Source: Bacillota bacterium
Lineage (GTDB): Bacteria > Bacillota > Clostridia > Peptostreptococcales > Anaerovoracaceae
Direction of reading: 5' to 3'
Length of the DNA: 64,000 bases
Assembly: GCA_017394515.1 (NCBI GenBank)
Contig: JAFPXY010000011.1
Coordinates: 29,550-93,549, forward strand
The notes under the pieces were generated by a model. It did no database searches and was not told where the DNA came from. It saw only the letters and a list, made by a program, of their open reading frames with translations. A program made the translations under genes and the position numbers. This document shows, in pieces, positions 10,155 to 18,361 of this stretch; position 1 is the first letter of the stretch, and each line of letters starts with the position of its first letter.

Positions 10155-10724
10155 ATGGATCTTAATTTAATCAAAGAAGAAGCGGCTAAGGCTGCGGAAC
10201 AGATCGTAGAAGCGTCACATATCGGAGAGGGAGATATTCTAATAGTTGGATGCTCTTCATCGGAGATACTGGGCGCTCACATCGGCAAGGGTTCCAGCCT
10301 TGAGGCTGCGCAGGCGGTCTACGAGGGTATTCAGAGCGTCCTCAGACCCAGGAAGATATATCTGGCGGCTCAGTGCTGTGAGCATCTTAACCGCTGTGTC
10401 ATAGTTGAGAAGGCAGCTCTTCTTCCGGGAACGGAGATCTGTAACGTGGTGCCTCAGCTCCACGCAGGAGGATCCTTCGCCATGACCGTATATCAGAACG
10501 CTGAGAAGCCCGTGGCAGTTGAGGAGATCAAGGCAGATGCAGGCCTTGATATCGGCGACACCCTTATCGGTATGCATCTTAAGCGCGTCGCGGTGCCCGT
10601 TAGGATAGAGCAAAAATCCATCGGAGAAGCGCACGTAGTCGCAGCCAGGACAAGGCCGAAATTCATCGGAGGTTCTCGTGCCGTATATGACGATAAACTT
10701 TCCGGAGGAGACATTCCAAGATAG
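10155..10724 (+). CDS. UPF0340 / TIGR01440 family protein (YwlG-like)
   Basis: Collinear similarity to B. subtilis YwlG recalled from memory (AAQCCEHLNRCVIVE; DAGLDIGDTLIGMHLKRVAVPVR). Confidence 0.75.
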   Translation: MDLNLIKEEAAKAAEQIVEASHIGEGDILIVGCSSSEILGAHIGKGSSLEAAQAVYEGIQSVLRPRKIYLAAQCCEHLNRCVIVEKAALLPGTEICNVVPQLHAGGSFAMTVYQNAEKPVAVEEIKADAGLDIGDTLIGMHLKRVAVPVRIEQKSIGEAHVVAARTRPKFIGGSRAVYDDKLSGGDIPR

Positions 10725-10856
10725 AGCAGGGGATAAAAATGTACTTTTTAATGTACAATTTTTAAAAGCCTTGAAAAATAAGAATATTTACCCGAAAGTT
10801 AAGACAAAGAATACACCTTTGGGTAATTGTGATCAAGGAAATGAAAGCATTAAAAT

Positions 10857-10892
10857 ATAGCTGTACCGAATGAAGGGTACAGCTATTTTTAT
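10857..10892 (+). terminator. intrinsic terminator after the UPF0340 gene
   Basis: The hairpin AGCTGTACCgaatgaaGGGTACAGCT is followed by ATTTTTAT. Confidence 0.6.
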
Positions 10893-10924
10893 GGCTTTTT
10901 TATTTATTGTTAGGAGGAATTATT

Positions 10925-11702
10925 ATGGGTAAAAAGATCCCTCTGTGGCAAGTCATCATTGTCTTCATCGTCCTTCTGATACTCCTGTATTGGGGAATCA
11001 TGGTCGATACGGAATCCATGGGCGCAGCTCTCATGGGCGTAGGTATCGCTCTTGGATTCTCACCTGCTATGACCGCCGGAGCTGTTGTATCCGGTTCCTA
11101 CTTCGGTGATAAGATGTCACCATTGTCGGACACCACAAACCTTGCTCCCGCCGTAGCAGGAACTACACTGTTCGAGCATATCGGACATATGATTTATACA
11201 GTAACACCTTCTTTAATCATCGCTCAGAACGAGCAGATCTGGGGTAAACTTGGAAGCCTTCTTTCCGCAAGCGGCATGCAGGGCATGATGTGGACCATCT
11301 CTTTGATTCTTTGTGCAATGTGCTTTGGCGGTGTCGTAGACTGCTCAGGTATGATGGGGCAACTTGCTGATCTCATACTGAAGCTCGCCAGAGGGACCAG
11401 AGGTGGTCTGGTAACATGCACATCTTCATCCGAAGAACCTTTCCAGATGCTTAGAAGACTCCGGTACTCTTACATCCAATTTCTTTCCTTGGAACACCTG
11501 CGGCGCAACTATGAGAAGCTTCCTTCAGGTAGACTCCAGCTACATTCCTTTTGCGATCCTTAACTGGGTCAATCCTCTCGTATCCATCTTCTACGGGTTC
11601 ACAGGAATCACCATGGAGAAGATGACCGATGAAATGTATGAGAGAATTCTCGAACAGAGAGCGAAAGATAAGGAAGAAGCTCTGAAAGCTATGGATGCAT
11701 AA
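10925..11702 (+). pseudogene. decayed NhaC-family Na+/H+ antiporter gene (internal deletions plus frameshift)
   Basis: The N-terminal piece matches mid-NhaC (GAVVSGSYFGDKMSPLSDTTNLA). After about 170 aa the reading frame degenerates. A second frame (11511-11702) encodes an NhaC C-terminal end (PFAILNWVNPLVSIFYGFTG). The remnant is about 0.78 kb against about 1.4 kb for an intact gene. A terminator sits immediately upstream with no obvious promoter after it. Confidence 0.55.
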
Positions 11703-11743
11703 TATATGCCTCCTTTAATTAATAGCTTAGTTATATGAAGTGC

Positions 11744-11778
11744 GAAGAGACCCGGCCATCCCCAACGGGTCTCTTTGC
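11744..11778 (+). terminator. intrinsic terminator
   Basis: The hairpin AGAGACCCGgccatccccaaCGGGTCTCT is followed by TTGC. Confidence 0.55.
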
Positions 11779-11850
11779 ATGCAGGTGTTTAAAAATGCCA
11801 AGCAGAGGTATTATATGTTAGAAATGAGATAATAGGGGTATATTAACCAC

Positions 11851-12804
11851 ATGAATCTGGCAGTTGAATTTTTGTACATCCTAACAATGTTTATATGCGT
11901 AGCGGCGTTTTCGGTGCATATGACAGTCAAGATGAAGAATCTTCCTTCTGTTAGCCGGCTGGCCAAACAGAACAGCACCACTTTCTTTCTTGCCGTAGTG
12001 CTCCTTACGGATCTCTTTGTCTTCCTGATAATTTATCTGGACAGGGTAAATATTGACGTTGATACATCCTGGTTTTATGCCATAGAGAATGTCCTTGAAG
12101 TGATCATGATCTATGCGGTGATCCTCATGGAAGGGGAGTATTTCCAAAGAAAGATACCCAGGGCTCTCGAGTCGCTATTCGCTGTGATATGCGTGATTTT
12201 GCTTTATCTGGGTGGGGTGCTTGATCTGAATTCCTTCAGCGATGAGGGGATGTATTTCGGCCTCATGATCCTAATAAACGCCATCCCCATAACCATTCTC
12301 ATGGTCCTTACCATAGTGTTTAAGGTGAAGTCAAGCCATCAAGCGGATTACAGGCATAATGCTCTGTATCTGGTCTCGCTGAACGTTTTTTGCGTATTTT
12401 TATGCGTGGTATGCACCTTGAGCAACGCCGGCCAGCAGACCCTGAACCAGTACTTTCAGCATTCCAGGGAGGTTTATGAACTGATCTGGCTGGTATTCAA
12501 TCTTCTGACCTTTAACTTCGTATGGCTTACCATAAAGCCCCAGGAGGACACTGAGATCCGTAAGGAAAAAACTCTCGTAGAGAAGGTAGCCATAGCCACG
12601 AAGACCTGGGGCCTTTCGCCCAGGGAGCAGGAAATGGCAAGGCTTTTATGCCTCGGAAAAAACAATCAAGAGATGGCGCAGGAGCTGTATCTTTCAATAA
12701 ATACCGTAAAGGTTCACCTGTCGAACCTCTATCACAAGATAGGCGCAGCCAACAGGGTACGGGCCGTCAGAATACTGAACGGTGATAATGAATATGAAGA
12801 CTGA
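11851..12804 (+). CDS. polytopic membrane protein with C-terminal LuxR/GerE-type HTH (membrane-anchored one-component regulator)
   Basis: About 6-7 hydrophobic helices over residues 1-230 are followed by LSPREQEMARLLCLGKNNQEMAQELYLSINTVKVHLSNLYHKIG, a LuxR-family HTH. Confidence 0.7.
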   Translation: MNLAVEFLYILTMFICVAAFSVHMTVKMKNLPSVSRLAKQNSTTFFLAVVLLTDLFVFLIIYLDRVNIDVDTSWFYAIENVLEVIMIYAVILMEGEYFQRKIPRALESLFAVICVILLYLGGVLDLNSFSDEGMYFGLMILINAIPITILMVLTIVFKVKSSHQADYRHNALYLVSLNVFCVFLCVVCTLSNAGQQTLNQYFQHSREVYELIWLVFNLLTFNFVWLTIKPQEDTEIRKEKTLVEKVAIATKTWGLSPREQEMARLLCLGKNNQEMAQELYLSINTVKVHLSNLYHKIGAANRVRAVRILNGDNEYED

Positions 12805-12891
12805 GTGAAAACCCCCATTGATTTCTTGACCAACGCGGGGTTTTTTAGTATAATATATTGGTAATTTTTATTGAAGATTTGGAGGATCCTA

Positions 12892-13626
12892 ATGAGGATA
12901 TTAACTGTTATATCAGGTTTATTTTTCGTAGCTGGAGGCGGTTACCTTATCGCCAAGGAGGGCATTACCTTCCTTTCGGTGGCCTTTGCCGTGGGAATTC
13001 TTTTCATGGTAGGCGGCATCATCGAGTGCCTTTCATATTCAGCATACAGAGGAGAAGGAGAGGACAAGACCTGGGTGCTTATCGACGGCCTTACCACCTT
13101 TGCGCTGGGAGCTCTTATCATACTGGACAAGATCTCCGCTGACGTGGTAGTACCGCAGGTTCTCGGACTTTGGGTTCTCATCGCAGGTATCAGAAACTTC
13201 GTTAGAGCCGGCGAGCACTTCGACGTGAGGAACAGCTTCTTCTACGATCACTTGATCGTAGGTGTTCTCAACCTTATTGTCGGACTCTACGTATATTTCA
13301 ATGCAGACATTTTCAGACTTGCAGCTATTACTTTGGTAGGTATGTGTATCGTCGTTCAGGGTATCAATCTCTGCAACGTTGGTCTTACCATCAAGATCCT
13401 TAAACCGGACATCATCAAGACCAAAGAAGAGATGCTTACGGACGCTGCCAAGAAGGCAAGAGATGCCCAGCTTGCTGCCCGTGAAGCTTTAGAGGCCGCT
13501 AAGGCTGCTCAGACCCAGTTCAGAGAAGTAGCACTTACTCCTGCTGAGGTCATTGATAAGACATTGGCTCCCAAGCCGACAGAGACTAATGAAGATCCAT
13601 TGAGAGGTCTTTCGGAGAAAATGTAG
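12892..13626 (+). CDS. DUF308/HdeD-like multi-TM membrane protein with charged Ala/Lys-rich C-terminal tail
   Basis: Has five predicted TM helices with a repeated small-residue pattern and a C-terminal coiled, low-complexity tail. The start at 12892 has an RBS GGAGGA 7 nt upstream; a promoter TTGACC-17-TATAAT lies at about 12822-12850. Confidence 0.45.
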   Translation: MRILTVISGLFFVAGGGYLIAKEGITFLSVAFAVGILFMVGGIIECLSYSAYRGEGEDKTWVLIDGLTTFALGALIILDKISADVVVPQVLGLWVLIAGIRNFVRAGEHFDVRNSFFYDHLIVGVLNLIVGLYVYFNADIFRLAAITLVGMCIVVQGINLCNVGLTIKILKPDIIKTKEEMLTDAAKKARDAQLAAREALEAAKAAQTQFREVALTPAEVIDKTLAPKPTETNEDPLRGLSEKM

Positions 13627-13646
13627 ATCCTTGAGGAGGATTCGAC

Positions 13647-14867
13647 ATGATGAGAGATGAATATGATGTAGTAGTAATAGGTGGCGGAGCGTCAGGAATG
13701 GCAGCCGCCATTACTCTTAAGAGGGAATGTCCCAGCTGGGATGTAGCCGTCTTTGAAAAGAAGGATGTATTGCTCAAAAAAGTTTCTCAGACGGGAAACG
13801 GCAGATGCAATATCTCCAACATAAACTGTGAAGATCAGGAAACTGTGAGGGAGTTCTTAAGAAGCGTAGGCATCAGCCTGAGAGCTGATGATGAAGGCAG
13901 ACTCTATCCTTATTCTGAGGATGCCAAGGATGTTTGCAAGCTCCTCATAAGATCCGCTGAAGCTTGCGGCGTTGAACTTTATACCGAGGCCAACGTCACC
14001 AAACTGGAGTCCATACCCTTCAGTATAAATCCAAGGGGCGGCTTCAATATTTTTGTGGGAGAGGACGAGGATGAGATCTACGCCGAGAATGTGGTGCTTT
14101 CTACGGGGGGCAAGTCTTTTGCGAACTATGGCACCTCAGGTGACGGATATGTCTTCGCCAGGAGGCTTGGCCACCAGGTAAAAAAGCTGGCGCCGGCCTT
14201 GACCGCTGTGGAGATCATAGATAACATCAAGAGTTTGAAGGGCGTCAGGACCAAGGCCAGAGTGCATCTCTTAAGGGACGGAGAGGAAGTATTTACGGAT
14301 CTGGGAGAGGTACAGTTCAGAGAGGATGCCTTGTCGGGCATCTGCATTATGAATATGTCAGGCCACATCAAGCTCATGGGAGGAGAGACTCCCGAGGATG
14401 GATTCAAGCACTACGATGTAAGGCTTGATTTGGTGCCGGACCACAACTCATCAGAAGTCAGGGAGATCCTGAAGGAGAGATTGGAGATGCCGGGCTTCGA
14501 TGAAGCTTATGCTCTTAAATCCCTCGTAAAGGAAGAACTGGCACAGTATATGATCAGGAAGGAGAAGGTATTCTTCTCAAGATGGATCGGCGAGAAACCT
14601 TCCGCTGAGGAGGTCGCAGGATTCCTGGCAGATGAACTGGCTGACATGAGGCTCAAGGTAAAGGGCCTTAAGGGCTGGAATGAAGCTCAGGTCACTTCCG
14701 GCGGAGTCGTGCTTGAGGAAGTAGACCCTCAGACCATGGAATCCACCGTGGTTCCCGGACTCTTCCTTACGGGAGAGGTCCTGGACTATGACGGACCCTG
14801 CGGAGGATATAACCTGCATCACGCATGGCTCACGGGCATCAAAGCCGGAAAAGGTTTGGCGAGGTAG
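13647..14867 (+). CDS. HI0933-family FAD-dependent oxidoreductase (BaiN/aminoacetone oxidase-like flavoprotein)
   Basis: Carries a dinucleotide-binding motif VVVIGGGASGMAAA and the overall HI0933-like architecture. Confidence 0.7.
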   Translation: MMRDEYDVVVIGGGASGMAAAITLKRECPSWDVAVFEKKDVLLKKVSQTGNGRCNISNINCEDQETVREFLRSVGISLRADDEGRLYPYSEDAKDVCKLLIRSAEACGVELYTEANVTKLESIPFSINPRGGFNIFVGEDEDEIYAENVVLSTGGKSFANYGTSGDGYVFARRLGHQVKKLAPALTAVEIIDNIKSLKGVRTKARVHLLRDGEEVFTDLGEVQFREDALSGICIMNMSGHIKLMGGETPEDGFKHYDVRLDLVPDHNSSEVREILKERLEMPGFDEAYALKSLVKEELAQYMIRKEKVFFSRWIGEKPSAEEVAGFLADELADMRLKVKGLKGWNEAQVTSGGVVLEEVDPQTMESTVVPGLFLTGEVLDYDGPCGGYNLHHAWLTGIKAGKGLAR

Positions 14868-14869
14868 AG

Positions 14870-16366
14870 ATGAAAATCGATCAAATAAAATTATCACCGG
14901 GGGAGAGTACATCTATTCTCCCTTTAAAAATCCGCAAAAAAACCGGACACAAGGTCAGAAACTGGAGGATCGTAAGGGAATCCATAGATGCCAGGGATAA
15001 GAGAAATATCAAACTGGTGTATTCCGTGGAATATAACTATGATCCGAAGGAAGAGAAGATCCTGGACATCCCTGAGGTGTCTTCATCAGACGCCGGATCT
15101 CCGGTAGTCATTGGCTTCGGTCCCTGCGGCATATTCTGCGGCCTGGTGTTGGCCAGGGCGGGTCTTAAACCGCTTATCCTTGAGAGAGGTATGGATGTGG
15201 ACAGACGGACGGAGCAGGTGGAGCTTTTCTGGAAGGAAGGAAAGCTTGATCCTGAGTCCAATGTTCAGTTTGGAGAGGGCGGAGCAGGGGCGTTCTCCGA
15301 TGGCAAGCTCACCACAGGTATCAAGGATCCAAGGGTGCATTTCGTGCTTTCGGAGCTTGCTTCTCACGGCGGACCTTCTGACATACTTTATAAGGCCAAG
15401 CCTCATATCGGCACGGACATCCTTAAAGAGGTGGTCAAAAGTATCAGAGAAGAGATCATAAGCCTGGGCGGCCAGGTTATCTTCGGGGCCAAGGCCGAAG
15501 CTTTTGTGGTCGAAGATAGGAAGATCCGAGGGGTGGAATTTTTTGCGGATGGGAAGGAGCAGGTGGCAGAGACTTCCAACGTGGTCCTGGCCATCGGACA
15601 CAGCTCCAGAGACACCTTTAAGTGGTTAAGAGACATGGGCGTATCAATGACCCAAAAGCAGTTCTCCATGGGTGTCAGGGCGGAGCATCCCCAGGACCTC
15701 ATAGATATCGCCCAGTACGGAAGACCCGGAAGGGAACTGGGACTTCCGCCTGCAGACTATAAACTGTCTGTCAGGACTGAAGAGGGACGCGGAGTGTACA
15801 CCTTCTGCATGTGCCCCGGAGGGCAGGTCATCGTGGCTTCCTCTGAAGAGGGAATGGTGGTGACCAACGGCATGAGCTATCACGCCAGAAATTCGGGCTT
15901 TGCCAACTCAGCGGTGCTGGTGGATGTGAGACCCGAGGATTTCGGAACTGATGACGTGCTGGGTGGAGTATACCTTCAGCAAAAATACGAGAAACTGGCC
16001 TATGAGGTATCCGGGGGCTACCGGGCACCCCGGGCGAGCTGGAAGGAAATAAAAGAAGATAAGGCAGAGAACATCAGGAAATGTCTGCCGGATTTCGTCT
16101 ATAGCTCTCTGAAGGAGGCCATGCCGCTCTTCGGCAGAAAAATCAAGGGCTTCGATGGCGATGACACCCAGATCTACGCTATAGAATCCAGAAGTTCATC
16201 TCCTGTGAGGATCAGCCGAAATGAAGATCTCATGGGCTGCGTTGACGGCGAGACCTTGAAAGGATTCTTTCCTGCAGGGGAGGGCGCGGGCTATGCCGGC
16301 GGCATAGTTTCAGCTGCTGTGGACGGTATCAGGGCTGCATTAAAGATTATTGAGATTTATGAATAA
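14870..16366 (+). CDS. FAD-dependent protein of the COG2509 family (uncharacterised NAD(FAD)-utilising dehydrogenase)
   Basis: Shows a GxGxxG motif (VVIGFGPCGIFCG) and C-terminal GEGAGYAGGI, both typical of this family. The start at 14870 (MKIDQ) follows the stop of the previous gene. Confidence 0.65.
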   Translation: MKIDQIKLSPGESTSILPLKIRKKTGHKVRNWRIVRESIDARDKRNIKLVYSVEYNYDPKEEKILDIPEVSSSDAGSPVVIGFGPCGIFCGLVLARAGLKPLILERGMDVDRRTEQVELFWKEGKLDPESNVQFGEGGAGAFSDGKLTTGIKDPRVHFVLSELASHGGPSDILYKAKPHIGTDILKEVVKSIREEIISLGGQVIFGAKAEAFVVEDRKIRGVEFFADGKEQVAETSNVVLAIGHSSRDTFKWLRDMGVSMTQKQFSMGVRAEHPQDLIDIAQYGRPGRELGLPPADYKLSVRTEEGRGVYTFCMCPGGQVIVASSEEGMVVTNGMSYHARNSGFANSAVLVDVRPEDFGTDDVLGGVYLQQKYEKLAYEVSGGYRAPRASWKEIKEDKAENIRKCLPDFVYSSLKEAMPLFGRKIKGFDGDDTQIYAIESRSSSPVRISRNEDLMGCVDGETLKGFFPAGEGAGYAGGIVSAAVDGIRAALKIIEIYE

Positions 16367-16464
16367 TTTTTATTCACAAATGGATAAAAATGGAATATAA
16401 TATAAGAGTAATAAAATCGAACAATAATTGATCGATAGGATCAATGCAGAAAGGAGCTATAAAT

Positions 16465-17082
16465 ATGGCAGGAGCTTTAGATTTATTAAGTTTATTAGGC
16501 GGAGTATCTTCAACTAAGGAAGCAGTAAGCGCATTTTCAGGCAAGACTTCCGCAAGTGAAGATCAGATCACACAGGCACTGCTCCAGGCACTTCCTTCAA
16601 TGCTTGGAAAGATGCAGACCAATGCCAAGACAAAGGATGGAGCAGACAGCCTTCTCAAGGCGCTCGATCAGCATGACTTAAGCGATGCAGACATCGTTAA
16701 GCTCATCAAGACCGCAGATATGGAAGATGGCGTTAAGATCCTGAACCACATCTATGGAGATGAGAAGAAGACCGAAGCGGCTCAGAAGGAAGTAGCAGCC
16801 AAGACAGGCATCGATGCTGCAAAGATAGCTAAGATCATGGCAGTCGCAGCACCTGCTGTACTTACCATGCTTGCTAAGACCAACAAGAAGACTAATAAGA
16901 CTCAGGCAGTTTCCAACAGTGACGGCCTGGCAGATCTTCTCGGTGGAGTTATGTCCCTGGCAGGCGGCGGCTCCAAGGGTGGCCTGGATATCGGATCACT
17001 TCTGGGTGCAGCTTTAGGCGGCGGTTCCAAGAAGGACGCAGGACTTGACCTGGGAGACATCTTAGGCGCTTTGATGAAATAA
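16465..17082 (+). CDS. DUF937 domain protein (Gly/Ala/Leu-rich)
   Basis: The repetitive LLGGL/LGAL composition is typical of DUF937. The RBS AAAGGAG lies 8 nt upstream of ATG 16465. Confidence 0.5.
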   Translation: MAGALDLLSLLGGVSSTKEAVSAFSGKTSASEDQITQALLQALPSMLGKMQTNAKTKDGADSLLKALDQHDLSDADIVKLIKTADMEDGVKILNHIYGDEKKTEAAQKEVAAKTGIDAAKIAKIMAVAAPAVLTMLAKTNKKTNKTQAVSNSDGLADLLGGVMSLAGGGSKGGLDIGSLLGAALGGGSKKDAGLDLGDILGALMK

Positions 17083-17097
17083 ACCTGTGATTTAAAT

Positions 17098-17130
17098 GCG
17101 GGGCAGCTTGGTCTGCCCCTGTTTTTTTAG
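17098..17130 (+). terminator. intrinsic terminator
   Basis: GCGGGGCAGcttggtCTGCCCCTG followed by TTTTTTT. Confidence 0.7.
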
Positions 17131-17141
17131 GAGTATATCTT

Positions 17142-17756
17142 ATGAAAAAAATATTAATCTTACTTTTATCATTAATGTTGATATTCACATTCATGACTGC
17201 CTGCGGAGGGGACCAGGCCACTGAGCAGGAAGATCCGGGAGATGCCCCTGCATCCGATGGCGAACTCGTAGCTCCCAGGATCGTGAAGATGACCATTAAG
17301 GACTATGGCACCATCACCCTGGAGCTGGATCCCAACGAGGCACCTGAAACCGTCAGAAACTTCTGTGATCTGGCGGCCTCCGGCTTCTACGACGGCTTGA
17401 AATTCCACAGGATAATGGATGGTTTCATGATCCAGGGCGGAGGAAATGAGGAAGTCGAACTGGAGCCCATCGTGGGTGAATTCGCGTCAAACGGATATAA
17501 CAATACGATCTCTCACAAAGAGGGAGTCATCTCCATGGCAAGGTTCCCAAACGATCCTAACAGTGCTACATCCCAGTTCTTCATCACCGTAGCGGATGAT
17601 AGTTTTCTGGACGGAGATTATGCAGCCTTTGGCTACGTAACAGAAGGCCTGGACATCTGTAAGCAGATCGCTGCAGACTCTAATCCCATAGACGATAACG
17701 GAACGATTCCCGAGGAAGAGCAGCCCATCATCGAAAGTGTAGAAGTGGTGGATTGA
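17142..17756 (+). CDS. ppiB: cyclophilin-type peptidyl-prolyl cis-trans isomerase, lipoprotein
   Basis: Has a signal peptide plus lipobox (LIFTFMTAC) and a cyclophilin core (FHRIMDGFMIQGG ... SQFFIT). Confidence 0.85.
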   Translation: MKKILILLLSLMLIFTFMTACGGDQATEQEDPGDAPASDGELVAPRIVKMTIKDYGTITLELDPNEAPETVRNFCDLAASGFYDGLKFHRIMDGFMIQGGGNEEVELEPIVGEFASNGYNNTISHKEGVISMARFPNDPNSATSQFFITVADDSFLDGDYAAFGYVTEGLDICKQIAADSNPIDDNGTIPEEEQPIIESVEVVD

Positions 17757-17785
17757 TTCAAAGCGGACACATATGAAAATCAAAA

Positions 17786-17826
17786 AAGGGCTGTCTCAAA
17801 ATGTGAGATAGCCTCTGCTTTTTGTT
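17786..17826 (+). terminator. intrinsic terminator (copy 1 of the recurring 'CTGTCTCAAAATGAGA' hairpin family)
   Basis: GGGCTGTCTCAaaatgTGAGATAGCCtctgcTTTTT. Confidence 0.65.
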
Positions 17827-17865
17827 GTAAGTGTTGAAATTCTCTCAGCCTGCAAGCCCGCTTCA

Positions 17866-18240
17866 GTCTCATTTAGGCCGAAAACCGGGTTTCGCAGGAT
17901 TTAGTACTACGAGTGTTTTTTGCGATTAAGCCTAAAGTCCCGGTTGCGGAGTTTCGTACTATGAGTGTTTTTTGCGGGTTAGGCCGAAAGACTAGGAATG
18001 CGAAGTTTAGTACTACACATCGCTTCGCAAAAAACTCATTGACCCATGTGGATTTAGGTCGAAAATGCTGACAATCTAGCTCTAGTCCTACAGTTAGCCA
18101 ACGACAACCGATCTTCATGCTAAAACCCCCGCAAAAAATCATCGTACTAAAGTTTCTGAAATCCAGTTTTAGTACTACACCACTTTTGAAGGCGTAGTAC
18201 TAAAACTTCGTAAAGGGAAGTTTAGGCCTAATTTGTCCCA
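17866..18240. repeat. degenerate tandem repeat region (about 52-bp units x3, plus related partial units) rich in TTAGGCCGAAA and TAGTACTA motifs
   Basis: Units at 17869, 17922 and 17974 share TTAGGCC(G/T)AAA ... GTTTAGTACTA(C/T) ... GTGTTTTTTGCG. A GTACTA core occurs six times. An inverted pair AGTGTTTTTTGCG / CGCAAAAAACTCAT sits at 17958 and 18020. Confidence 0.6.
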
Positions 18241-18310
18241 AACCTCATCAATTTCGACTTTTTTCGACCTGCGTAGAAGCCACCTCCTTCGACTCATCTC
18301 GTCAAACAAA

Positions 18311-18350
18311 AGCAGGAGCTGTCTCAAATTGAGACAGCTCCTAGTTTTAT
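18311..18350 (-). terminator. terminator for gpmI (copy 2 of the recurring hairpin family; perfect palindrome)
   Basis: AGGAGCTGTCTCaaattGAGACAGCTCCT with U-rich flanks on both strands. Confidence 0.65.
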
Positions 18351-18361
18351 TGCAAAATATT

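Noticed and set aside
12858-13142. 94-aa ORF rich in Arg/His (frame overlapping the DUF308 gene start)
   Set aside because: It overlaps a better-supported membrane-protein ORF in another frame and has a low-complexity, non-protein-like composition.
17873-18142. 89-aa minus-strand ORF in the ppiB-gpmI gap
   Set aside because: It lies entirely within degenerate tandem repeats and between two convergent terminators, has no RBS, and its amino-acid composition is repeat-driven. Treated as a spurious ORF.
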